A stretch of 63,281 bases of DNA, the filler included, from Choristocarpus tenellus KU-1152 (Eukaryota > Protista > Phaeophyceae), in the NCBI GenBank assembly GCA_964200185.2. It is 11 parts of 11 records of this genome, joined end to end, with 100 filler letters (N's around TTAATTAATTAA, not from the genome) between each part and the next. Parts side by side here need not be neighbours in the genome. Positions count along the whole stretch, not along the records: positions 10,528 to 14,890 come from CAXNAD020014908.1; positions 14,991 to 17,848 come from CAXNAD020024154.1; positions 17,949 to 21,379 come from CAXNAD020020077.1; positions 21,480 to 24,857 come from CAXNAD020020432.1; 7 more parts are not named here. One strand, given 5' to 3'. The first letter of the stretch is position 1, and each line of letters opens with the position of its first letter. Positions 10,991 to 22,700 of the stretch are shown piece by piece. The notes beneath the pieces are model-generated. The model was given only the letters and a program-made list of their open reading frames with translations, searched no databases and was not told where the DNA came from. The position numbers were made by a program, and so were the translations under genes.

Positions 10991-12414
10991 AGTTGATCAA
11001 TTGTTCGTTACCCATCGCATCGAAAAATACCAAAACAAATATGAGACCACTATGTCACGTTTGTAGTAAGACCACACGTTCCGTTCCACTCCTTTCATGA
11101 GGACTTGGTGCCCATAATGATGAGCATCTACCCTTCTGAAAGTTGAGGATATTGACCTTATCAAAGCCTCTCTGCCTCCACCATCGGAGTATTATTTCTA
11201 GTGTTGGCGCCAGCAGAGGTGGATGTGACTGAAGCAAGGAAAACTTTGCCTCAAGCAGGACGCAGACCATGCATTTCTTGAGGACCTCAATAGGATGGCT
11301 GGAGACTATCGGGAAGTGGAAGCCATATGGCGATGACAAATGAATTGTACAGGTCGGGCTGGCCCAGAATGGGACCTTCGCAAGGATATCGTGCTAAGAG
11401 AGCTTATTCTCTTATCCTTCCCCTCCAGACACACAAGCAAAATCTCAACGGCATAATACTGAAGCACAGAGAAGTTACCAAAGTTGAACTTCTGTATTGT
11501 TTCGTTCATTGCACCATGGGAAGGTAAGGTTATCTATAGTACGTGAACCCTGGTGCGGTACAATTAATTACACTATGGTCAGGTATTAGATCGAACTAGA
11601 TGGTACGATTTTGGTGGAGTTTGAATACATGTAGACGGTACGGTTCGCTGTACGGTGAAATGTATCCCTAGGAATCTACAGTACGGTTCGGGAATTCTGA
11701 CATTTTGTACGGTTTTCCATTGTCTCTACGGTCACCAACGGTACGTCATAGTTTTACCTCGGGACGGTTGCGGTATCGCCTGACTGTGGCACATTTTTTC
11801 TAACCGCAACCCTAACTGGTATTTTCAACATGGGATCCAGCATGCTGTTGGATGAGAACTCTACTAGCCCCTTCCTTACACCGAATAAAACGAATGCAAC
11901 AGGATGTTTATCACATGTGTTTGAGATAGTGAAATGAAAGACAGATTAGATCCAGGTGCAGTTATTGGAAAATTCCTTTAATATTCCTTGCACATACAAG
12001 TTATCTCAGGGAGATATTTTATTTTTTTGGCGATAGGTTCTGAGAGTGATTTGATCGACTACTATCCACCTTGAGACAAAGTCCTCAGAAATATAATTGC
12101 CACACATTCATGCATTATCAAATCTATATTGTGAATAACTCCAAACAAGAAAAAACCCCCGACACAGTTCGGATTTTGAGGTTCACCTACCACATATGAG
12201 ATTCTGTTGCTTCACTTGAACGTTGTTACGTCCAGAGTATAGGGTCCAGATTTGACAACACTGAAACTGCCGGCTCAACTTTCTAACCAGCACTGTGTAA
12301 CCCCTACGACGCCTAACGAACACCACTTCCCTTTCCATGACTTGACGTCGATAGATTGTTAGGACCTCAGTTTGTGTCATGCAAAACCAATAATATTGCC
12401 TCTAAGAAATTGAA

Positions 12415-12570
12415 CAGCAGATTTCAAAAATTGAGGATGGAGCTTTTCATTGAGGATGTGCTTGACCCAAAATTGACTGGGAGAAAGTGTCGATATGTTT
12501 TTTTTTTGTAATGTTATGGTCAAGCCCATCCCCAATGAAAAGCTCCATCCTCAATTTTTGAAATCTGCTG
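12415..12570. mobile_element. MITE family C (palindromic; terminal inverted repeat CAGCxGATTTCAAAAATTGAGGATGG)
   Basis: cagcagatttcaaaaattgaggatggagcttttcattg ... caatgaaaagctccatcctcaatttttgaaatctgctg. Other copies or ends lie at 4574-4619, 15006-15051, 24682-24857 and 49545-49575. Confidence 0.9.
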
Positions 12571-13949
12571 TTATTGGAAGAATGTTGGCTATATTCCGAA
12601 GTACGTATTCTAATACTATGCTTTGCATCAACGATAACTCTTTACTATTATCATTACTTATTATACAGGGGTCGTGATGATATTGGTATGGCTTTTTTCA
12701 TCAAGCACAAGTAGTAGTAGTAGTAGTTTGGAAGGTTGTTAGTTGGTACATATTACATAATACACTATTTTGATTTTTTCACCTTCGAACTAGAGTGTAC
12801 TACTTAGTGTTAAACGTTGATATGTTTGGACTATTCAAATTGTGTTTAAGAGTAGTAGTAGAAATAATCCTTGAGATATTTTATCTTAACACAAGTACAA
12901 AATCTAGGACGGCACAACATATATTATTGCTGGGGCCATTCTTCGAGATATATTCAGATTCTAACACTACAATAATTATATTGTAGATATATTTTTATTT
13001 TTCTCTTGCACGTATAAAAAATGTGGAAGACCAAAAAAATAAGAGTAGAAATTTATTCCGTAGGAAGTTTCTACAGGTCAAGCAGTGACTCGTCCAGATT
13101 TCTGCGCCGTTGGTCACACAGTTAGAATAATTATAGACGGTTGAATCACCTTCATCGTTTCTTGCATTTTGTGGTTTGGAGAGTTAGAGTTGAATGCCCT
13201 CAATATTGGTGACCTTAAAACGGGTTTTGACCGGTCTAAGGGGGGCGAGGACTGAGCAAGGCATTCCGGTTCAGTGGAAATCTAAACTGGGTCTTGGCTC
13301 CCTCTTCGTCGTCTTGTGACGCGAACAAGAAAAAGAGCGTATCTTGTTGTGGACAGTTTTAGGTAAGCAGCCTGGGCGATGGCTCCTTGAAAGATGCAAC
13401 GGTTATGTTTAGCTTATGTGTTCTCAAGTGAGACTGAAACTCTATCTCCCTTCAAGTTGAACAGTCGCAGCCAGCCAAGGTCATGATGAATACGCTTTAT
13501 TATACATCTAGCATTGAGACTGTGATTCGGCCTACGACCAACGCGGAAATGCTATCCCCGCTTGGTAGATCACTTTCATAATTCTGTCATCAATCCAGAC
13601 CAAAACCACACCTCGTGCATTATCTCAGGTTGCATCTTAAAGCCTGGGTAAACGCTATGTGGAAATCTTTTCCCCTGCTGCTAGGACTCATCTGCTCCAT
13701 CCCTAGTGCTGGTGGTATGTGATTGATCGGCTACAACGGGCTTTTGAATTGCTCCAATTTCGATCTAGCACCAATTTCCTTCCAACGTATCAGATATGCA
13801 ACTCACCACTCCAAGACAAGTTGGATGAAGGCATATGTTTATATATATTATATAAGAAAAATAAACCCTTGCCATATGCATGTGTATCAAGTTGATGTCC
13901 TTACCTGGTATGTATTGACGTTTATAGATGTGCTTGCTCACTTCTGGTA

Positions 13950-14890
13950 AATGGCAAGATTATCGATCGCTCGAAACTCCCAAAAGTGGTATCCTTATTC
14001 CTCGTGTTCTGAATAATCCCCCAATCACTTCCCTTACAAATCTCCTCATTTTGTTTCTGGACGTGCAAACCTTCTACTCTGTATTGATTATCGGGTTTTA
14101 GTTGTCCTCACAGCTTTTCAGATGACCAGGGTCATGTAGGTGCAGTTTTCCTCAAATATTAGGCAGTACAATATTGCGAGATAATCGCTATCGGTCTGTG
14201 AATGCTGCGGTCTTCTCCATCGGATAAACTATGCCCATACCGTCAGTTGGAATGTCAACAGGCGGATATCACACTTCCTCTTAATACACACAGCGAGTAT
14301 AAGCGCTTATGTGTATCTTCCAGTACGATATTGCCATGTATTGATGTTTGAGGGGGTGCTACCTAAGTCCAACAGATAACAGAAGATTAGGTTCCTTGCT
14401 TTTTTGTTGATTAGAGGAAATTTTCCGAAAACATGCAGGGGGGGCGATAGCGTGGTCTTGGACTCGGGTTTTTGTGCATGCACAAAGATGAGTGGATTTT
14501 GAAGCATTGGTGTACTTGAGCAAATCGACTTGCTAATAACAGGATCGCAAGTAGGTAATCTAGCAATAGTCGGCCAGAATGAGAAGATCTAGTCGAGAGG
14601 GTGGTTTTCGTTGTTCTCGAGAGGTGGAGCATGTGATATATGCCGCATAGTTTTTCGTCTTGTCGCAAGAAAAGAATGAGGGTGATATCAAAGCTGCGAT
14701 GAATCATGGCATTTTTTTGTTGACTGAATCTATGAATGCTTCTACTTTTGCAGAAATCGAACTCTTTTGTGAAGTTGGCACTCAACTCTTACCGTGAAAT
14801 CCTGTCCCTTGAACTACAGCCTCCAACATTGACCCACTAGCCGATGCCGTGACGGGTGTGGTGATTACGAACGTGGGTGGTTCCGGATAC
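13950..14890 (-). mobile_element. Highly decayed Ty1/Copia reverse transcriptase-RNase H relic
   Basis: Minus-strand fragments LLDYLLAILLLASRF and LIFEENCTYMTL...RTTKTR resemble the Copia RT C-terminus and the RNase H IFEDN...RTKHID region. There are many stops. Confidence 0.35.
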
Positions 14891-15053
14891 NNNNNNNNNN
14901 NNNNNNNNNNNNNNNNNNNNNNNNNNNNNNNNNNTTAATTAATTAANNNNNNNNNNNNNNNNNNNNNNNNNNNNNNNNNNNNNNNNNNNNCGTTTTCGCA
15001 AAACAACCATCCTCATAGTCCCGCTCCATCCTCAATTTTGAGAATTGGCTGTT

Positions 15054-15330
15054 TATAATAATGTTACGCCCTGTGACATTTTGGAGATGTGTCAGAGTGA
15101 AAACCAATGAAAACTATTCACATACATGTCAGTGTAAGTCCGCCATTATTTTATTGTGGAAAGCAGGTTTGTCTGCGCTTATACCATTATTGCCGTATGC
15201 TATATACCGTTGTACCGATTGAGGTTTCCTTGTCAGAAATCCTCGATTACCGTGGAGGGTCTTACGAATTCATCGGTTTTTGTCAGACACATCTACCTGT
15301 AAAATGTGAAAGGGCATAATAATGTATAAT
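15054..15330. mobile_element. Putative MITE with degenerate terminal inverted repeats
   Basis: Left tataataatgttacgccctgtgacattttggagatgtgtcaga is an approximate reverse complement of right tcagacacatctacctgtaaaatgtgaaagggcataataatgtata. Confidence 0.5.
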
Positions 15331-16339
15331 AATTGAGGTGTGGAATATTTCAAGAGATCAATCCCACAAGTAGTGCACATCTCTTCGAAACCGATATGTT
15401 GCACATCGAAGATTCTCTTTGTTATCGCGTCTTGACTTTTTTTGTGATGATCCCTTTTTCATCACATTCTCATCATCATCACTACTCCAAAAATTCCTGG
15501 AAGTCTTTGCAGTCTTGCACTTGTCCAACTTTACCCTCGTCCTCTCCGTTACGGTTCATCTTGGTTCGTCTGGTCCGTCTTGCCTGGCGATTCTCTTCAC
15601 CACCCTAGCCTGAGTGAACCACGCTGTTACAGAATCACACTATTCATATTGCGTCACGGGTGAGCTCAGAGATAGGGTGACGGGTTAAATTTTGTTTGAC
15701 CACTGATCAAACACGCCGAATGCAAGATCAAGAAGAAAACGTTGTGAACAGGAGCGCCTGGCTGATCATTTGGAGGAATCAGGAGAAGTTTAAGAACAGT
15801 TTGATGAAATTGAGTCAGTGGACGACATGGAATCCTTAACAAAGTTTTGGAATGCCAAGTAGTGTGGCGATGATAGGTTTTGAGAAGAAGATTTCCCACT
15901 TTTTTTCTTGAAATAGTAAATCGAAAAAAAGAATCACTCTAGACTCTCATCAGTACGAAAATATTGATGGTCGTTGTGAGGAATTTTTGTCGAAACTTCT
16001 TCAAGCTGTAGTGAAAATTATATTTTCAGACCTTGCCCCATACCGTGTGATGGCGTTTCCCTCGAGATTTCCCCACATTATAATTCTCTGATGAAAACCA
16101 TGTTCCAATAACCTCTTGAACTTCGTGGAAAGATATCCAGAAGGTTTTCTATTAACGTGGTCAACCCCTCCCATGCTGTTTTCTTGTTCGGACTTCGCCC
16201 CACCCCTTCGAGAGAACAAATGTCCTCCGGAGAGAAGTGGAGTGATTCCCCAACTTGATCCTGATAAAATACTGCTTGATAATAGTATCATGGAGCCTTC
16301 AGTGCAATCCTTGATTGGCAAGAGCAACGCCCGTCCAAA

Positions 16340-17765
16340 GTGATCGTGAACTATTTACCAGTTCCACTAATATATTCCCTGCAGTGGACCCGGAGCAATT
16401 GCGCGAGGAGCAGGAATCCGAGTTCGGGATCATATTTCAGGTATTTGAATGGCCCTAACGTCGCCCCACCAACTGATAAGGAATCGACGGCGTCTATGTC
16501 GTATTTTTTCCTTCGTAATGGCTTACTGTATCGTTCGTATTTACCAGGCCATCTTCGTAAGAGTAGCGCCTTTAGAGACCATTTGGTCGTTCCTCTCTTG
16601 TTAGTCTGTCTTGTACTCCACCGTTGCCATGACCGTGCATTGTCTGGATTGCCTGCATTGTCTGGAGGCCACTTAGTTTTCAAACCCACGTTCGATAAGG
16701 TTAGAGACTCGCATTGGTGGCCAACATTCAATACCGACATTCGTACATGGTACCGTGATTGCCAAGCATGCCAAACGTGTAAGACTGCTCATGGCAAAGC
16801 TACGCATCCCCCTGACCATATGCTGGGTGACATAACGTTTAAAAGATCTTGCTATTGATTTGGTAGGGTATAAAACACTTTCCCCAGCAGCAAATGGTGT
16901 GATGCGCTCGTATGTGTTGTGTGCCATTGATTACGTCACTCAATTCATTGTGCTTTGTCATGTTCCAAACAAAGACGCTGTAACAATTGCTCGTACACTG
17001 GTATGGCGTGTATTTTCAATTTCGGTCCACCCGAGTTGTTACTCTCCGGTCAAGGTACCGAATTTGAAAACAGTATCGTTGCAGGGATGCAATATGTCTT
17101 TGGTTACAAAAAAAACAAGAATACACCGTATAACCCCCAAGGAATTGTATCTTAGAGAGTACATGCTACGTTGCATTCTATGCTAACTATGTACATCTCT
17201 GTTTCTGAGGATAACTGGGCATCGTTACAACCTTTCGTACAGTTAGACCATAACACAGCGTTCAGTGTAAAGTTGCACAAAACCCCGTTTTCCCTTCTGT
17301 TTGGAAGACATGCTCATTCACCTGTTGATATTATCATTGGTTCGTCTAATGCTGATTCAGATGTCACTACTGAAGCGTTTACTCAGCAAACCAAGGATAT
17401 TTTACAGGTTGCATTTTGAGTTGGCACGCCGTAACCTCCATGAAAACTTTAAAAACCAGGAACATGCCAACTGTCTCGTGTTCCCCATTTTCGTACCTGG
17501 TGATCAAGTTCTAGTTCATAGGCCACATGAGAGTACTGATGGTCCGAATCTAAACTTCCTTCACTCTTGGAGGGGTCCGTATGAAGTACAATCTAAGGTA
17601 TCACCCATCGTGTACAGGGTAGTGCTACTTGGAAACTCATGTCAATTTTCCGTTCATCTGTGTATATTGAAACGTTACTATCCTCAAGTTCAACCTCCCA
17701 CACTAGACTTGAATGAACTGAATTTGTTACAGGCGATAGTGCAAGTATTTCTTCCCACGCTTTAA
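16340..17765 (+). mobile_element. Ty3/Gypsy LTR retrotransposon integrase region (frameshifted pseudogene)
   Basis: H2C2 zinc-binding region HDRALSG..GHLVFKPTFDKVRDSHWWP...YRDCQACQTCK; core motifs AIDLV, CAIDYVTQF, FGPPELLLSGQGTEFEN, TPYNPQG, HNTAFS..LHKTPFSLLFGR; GPY/F motif WRGPYEV. Confidence 0.92.
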
Positions 17766-17948
17766 CCAGCGCGAGCAGTATATGCGCATGGGGAACCCCC
17801 AAAAAGGGAACTCCGATTTTCCTAAAAGTTGCAGAATAATCTGTAACTNNNNNNNNNNNNNNNNNNNNNNNNNNNNNNNNNNNNNNNNNNNNTTAATTAA
17901 TTAANNNNNNNNNNNNNNNNNNNNNNNNNNNNNNNNNNNNNNNNNNNN

Positions 17949-18014
17949 GAAATCGCAACATTGGATTTCGGCCCCCAAATGGACGCGGCCCTACCCTCTA
18001 AGATACTTTGACTC
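17949..18014. mobile_element. MITE family A end at contig start
   Basis: gaaatcgcaacattggatt...ccctaccctctaagatactttgactc is the reverse complement of the family A left arm. Confidence 0.9.
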
Positions 18015-18624
18015 TATCCCAAACCCTTCAACTCATGAACTTCAATGTCTAAAGATTCCTTCTAAGGCAGGAGGAAAGACCATTAGTTCAGCTCACAACC
18101 TGACCTGAAACACTGTTCCGACCAATCTCCTGTTTCTATTGGTGGCACAAAGGCATTTGTCAGTCCTAACCCTTAGCCCTAACCCATATTTGCTCCTCTG
18201 AGCGTTTGGAAGAGTAGTAATAGGATTTGCTAGATTGACATGATGGTGGGAAGTGCTGAAATTCCTAGCCCTAACCCTAATTCATAGCCGGTCTTCTTAC
18301 ACATTCAAGACCTCGACTGTGCTTGTTGTAAACCACCTCAACTTTTTGTGTCGTATGAGGTCCTCAACTGCTATTTTGGCCTGGTCTATGAGGTTACTGT
18401 TTCCCAGTTGGTTTACTTTGCCCTTTTGTACTCTAGTATTCCTTAAGAGGATGGTACTCAAAAGACCCTCATGTATACTAATACTCTAAAATGTACAATG
18501 TAACCACAAAGGCTGTCCCATTATTCACTGTTAGTCCAATAATATTTTAATATTGCTTGTGACTCCTCTTCAGCCTACAGTGCATCCCTTTTCCCCTGCT
18601 TCAATCATAACTCCTTGATTATAG

Positions 18625-21379
18625 GTCTGGGAGGAGGCAGTTATCAATTGCCCCTCTCATATGCTGATGGTTGCGCTCTCAGCCACGATGAGCAATGTTG
18701 GGGATATCCGGGACTGGATGACGTACACACATGGGCCATCACAGCTGGTCAAGAGTACATTCCGCCCTGTACCCCTCACGTGAGTGTTGGTCAAGTGTCT
18801 GCATGTCTCCAGAGAGCCCTACTGCTGAGAGTGAGAGAAATGGGTTTGCCTTTGCCATGCTACAATTTTTCAGAGTCACATAAAGTGGTCATGTCCTTTG
18901 CACCCGGGTATAATATTTTTTGGTGTTGCTGTACCACAGTGTGTGGCAACTAGCCAATGTTTTCATTTTTTGATCAGTTTTGAATGGGCAACCTTGAGGT
19001 CATGCCACTTCTAGTATGCAATAACCTGTGTCTGCAACGATTACAATGTTTCTCATGTCAAAGTGTAGTTAGGGTTGGGGTTGGGGTTAGGGTTAGGGTT
19101 AGGGTTAGTGACTGGTTTATTCTTTATTTGAAAGTTTAGTAGCTGCATCTTGTTTGTTGGTCTGAAGACCACAGTTTGAAATAATAGTTTCAGTGCTTGT
19201 TTTGGAAGGAGCAACCCCAAATAGTCCCTAACCCCTAACCCTAACTATCACAACAATGTACGAGGTATTAGTATTCCTTCAAGAGTTCATTGGTGCTACT
19301 TTTCTCCTGGGTTGTGGAGCAAAATATAAGTATACTACATCATTCTGAAGACCTTATTTACACAGAAAATGCTTCAACTTCTATGTCAATATTTTAGCAT
19401 GCCTTGAAATTGTGTTGATCCCAAGCACTCTCCAGAGGTCAGTCGTGTATGTTGATTATCTATAACCCAAGATAAGATGAACTTGCCTTTCCCAAAAGAG
19501 CAGGCAACATAATTGCTACTCTGGAGCATAGTGTAAAATAGTAAATTCCCTGTCTGTGGTTAACAACTGTACCTTGCAACATTGTAATCAAACCATCCTT
19601 GGCAGGGTTCATACTTTAGCACCGTTGTGCTGATGTACCCAATTCGTATTTCTGAGCAGCAGTACAACAAATAGCATTCTGACCTTGCCTGTGTACACTC
19701 CACCATTGTGTATCACTGGTACAAACATGTTCAGGTATTGGTTTGCAACTAGGACTGGCATGTATCACCTGTTCAGAGACAAAGATTCTGGACCTGGGGC
19801 ACTGAAAGGTGTTGCTGGGCCAAATGACAACAAAAAGGTGAATCTCCACTTTTATTATTCTTATTCATATGCACAGAAACACTGTCCACTTTCTTTTTTT
19901 TTACTGTGTTGAATAGCTCCTCAATTAATGAATAAGCTTATGTGATAATGCCAGAGTAAGAAGGGTGTCTGATGGTAAGGTACCGATGACGTTTGGATAT
20001 TGATATACTTGATGGCACTGTACGAGGCAAGGTACACTATGATGGTGCCGCATGCTTCCTTGTGGAGAGTTCTGATGCTTTAATTGTACTCTGGCGATAG
20101 AGATTGGTATTGGTATGCGTTCTGGGGCACCTTTAGAATGATGAAGGGGAAATTAGGCCACTTAAGGGATGCTAAGAGTCCTTCCCAGCACTTAGAGTCT
20201 ATAGTTTTTCACTTGATGCACCTCTCATGGCGAAAATGAGGTTAGAAATGATCAGGGAGGTTGAGGAAAATACTCGGTTGCCTTAGGTCATACATGTCAA
20301 GAACATCAAACCCCAACCAAATTGCTTATTTTTGTTTTTCAGAAATCTGGCTTGGGGAAAGAGGCTAAGGCAAACAGGAAGGAGCTACCACAAAGGTAAG
20401 GGGTTGAAGGATAGAGGACGGAACAAGATATTCTACGTCTTCGACATACTGACAAACACAATTTTATGCTTTCAAGCGAACTCTAGGCAAGGAAATTCCA
20501 CATTCCTGACCTTCTTTGGTACCCTGATCTACAGCCTACTTTTCATTTTTCAATTTGATTGCCAAAAAATTCCCTCTTAACCCTAAACCTAAACCTGAAG
20601 CACTCATTGTTATTCGAGAGTAGTTACAGATTTCAAATATAAGAATCAAGTATGGGATGTTCTAATTTTCACTACTCTTCTCTTTTGAAAACAACTTTGT
20701 TGCAGCCCCTTCTCTAGGTTCAGTTATAGGAAAACCAATTAAGGTGCTGCTAGGATTAGTTACTCTATTCTTACCCCACTGACAATAACTTTGCTGCACC
20801 ACCCCCTCTCAAGCAATGTAAGTACTTCCCATTCCCAAGTAAGGTCACTACTAGAGACATAATTACCCTGGAGGGTAATCTCCAGAAAGGCCACTTTTTG
20901 TAGACAGCTAATTGCACACACTCTCACAGTCTCCACCCTTCTATTGCTCTGATCTCCAAATCCTGACCCTATACCTATCCCTAGCCTATTCCCATTGTAT
21001 CTCTCTTACGTGATCCTGGCATTACTCTCCTAGTACTAATTGTAGAATTGTTGCATTACTCGTCCCTTTGTCTCTCAATCCAGAGCTAGAATTCACACCC
21101 ATTGTTTGTAATGTCAGGATGGGTGACCTGCACGTATTGTTCCCTCTAACTATCCCCTCCCTCCCACTCCCCACACCCCCATTGTCCTCTGGCGTCCATG
21201 GCCTCTGAATCTGCAGACTGCGGATTAATAAGGTGCTACTGCGAGCCTATCAGGAAGAAGAGGAACGTCTTCGAGAGGCCTCCTTCCGAGATAGTTATGA
21301 TGGTGGCGGGGGTGGTGGGGGAGGGGGCAAGTACTATGGGGGGAAGAGGAGGCAGGGAGGAGGTTATAGAGGGAGGAGG
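18625..21379 (+). CDS. Ski2-like DExH-box RNA helicase, HelY/ISE2 type; four internal exons, both ends off contig
   Basis: Exons 18625-18779 (VWEEAVINCPSHMLMVALSATMSNVGDIRDWMTYTHGPSQLVKSTFRPVPL, containing motif III SAT and RPVPL), 19735-19837 (YWFATRTGMYHLFRD...), 20343-20395 and 21217-21379. All introns are GT-AG and the phases 2/0/2 are consistent. Confidence 0.88.
19066..19247. repeat. Interstitial telomere-like repeats in inverted arrangement: (TTAGGG/TTGGGG)n then (CCCTAA)n
   Basis: ttagggttggggttggggttagggttagggttagggttag at 19069-19108 and ccctaacccctaaccctaac near 19226-19245. Confidence 0.85.
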
Positions 21380-21699
21380 NNNNNNNNNNNNNNNNNNNNN
21401 NNNNNNNNNNNNNNNNNNNNNNNTTAATTAATTAANNNNNNNNNNNNNNNNNNNNNNNNNNNNNNNNNNNNNNNNNNNNAGTCAGCGACGGCAGTTGGCG
21501 TGGAGACAGGCTGCGTGGTGATAATCGACGCGGCGAAATCACACCCCTTGCCTATAAAGCAGAAGATTGCAATGATATGGAGGTAAAAACATGAGATTAA
21601 GGTTAGATATTGCTAACTGTGTATGATATGAGGTAAGATGGTCCCTGACACCTTCATGTGCCACTCTGATGGGGAATCAATTAATTGCAGAAGAGTATA

Positions 21700-22700
21700 T
21701 TCAGTGGAAATGATGAACCCATCATCACCTCCAGGACACATTTTTTGTGTATGATAGTACGACAAAATGAGTGACGGTCCAAACTTGCCTCAAACATGGC
21801 ATCGTTTCGATCTCCAACCCGGTCTGAGATGGATCGTTGACGATATGGCTGTGAGTTCGTTGTCCTCGGACAAGTGGATCCAAGCGACAGAGGTGCCAAC
21901 TTTCCAGATGACTCACACGAGAGTCCAGGTAGCTGAGGGGTTCAATGCAATGAAGGAGGAAACGATGCCAACGTTTGTTAGGTCATGAAAACACACTTGT
22001 GGAGACTTAATCTAAGTGGGCATTCGATCGGTTGAAAACGCACCTCTTTTGGCATGGTGTTTCCTCTCGATTGCCCTCGCTGTGGTGGAGTCTTTGCTCG
22101 TGGAGATCGAATACTTGAGCTTCCCAGTGAGGCAAGGGCCAATGGTAACTGTGGACCATCCTGGTAACCCTTAGCCCCGTCAGACACCTGAACCACCAAC
22201 GTAAAATAGATTGTGTAGATGTCCTGAAAATGGAAGTCCACTGGGAGAGACCTAGAGCTATGTATTTTTCCTTGGGGCAGAAAAGTGCAGCAAAACCCGA
22301 AAGATAATGTGAACACAGAAAGGGTTCTTTACACTTCATTTCGCACCCACCTTTTCTTCTGGGCGAGGTAAAGCCTTGTCTGTCATCATTCGTTGCGGGC
22401 TGCTATTCCTCTGATCTATCCCGTCCCTGTCCCTTTCCTCAAAAGTATGCTTGTCCTCGAGCTTCCCTTCTGACATCACACTTTTTTGGTGCAGGTTCGT
22501 CCTTCGCTTCGCTACACGTGTGAGTATCCCTACCTCCAAACCGATGCGTTTGTTGTCCTACCCCCGCTGCAAAATCAATAGGAAGGGAAAAGCAGTCGAG
22601 AGGAAGAGAAATAACGCACTCGTTGTGCCTGTCCCGGCATTGACGCGGTTGCATTTCTCGGCAAAACCGAGGCTTCACATTGCCTGCTCACCACAACAAC
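21700..22700 (-). mobile_element. Decayed DIRS-like retrotransposon reverse transcriptase region
   Basis: Minus-strand YIALGLSQWTSIFRTSTQSILRWW resembles the DIRS RT xLPFGLSxAPxIF...WR segment and is followed by LRLSLHKCVF. There are many frameshifts. Confidence 0.4.

Noticed and set aside
15400-16330. Protein-like minus-strand frame next to the Gypsy integrase
   Set aside because: Interrupted by stops with no recognisable family. It cannot be called.
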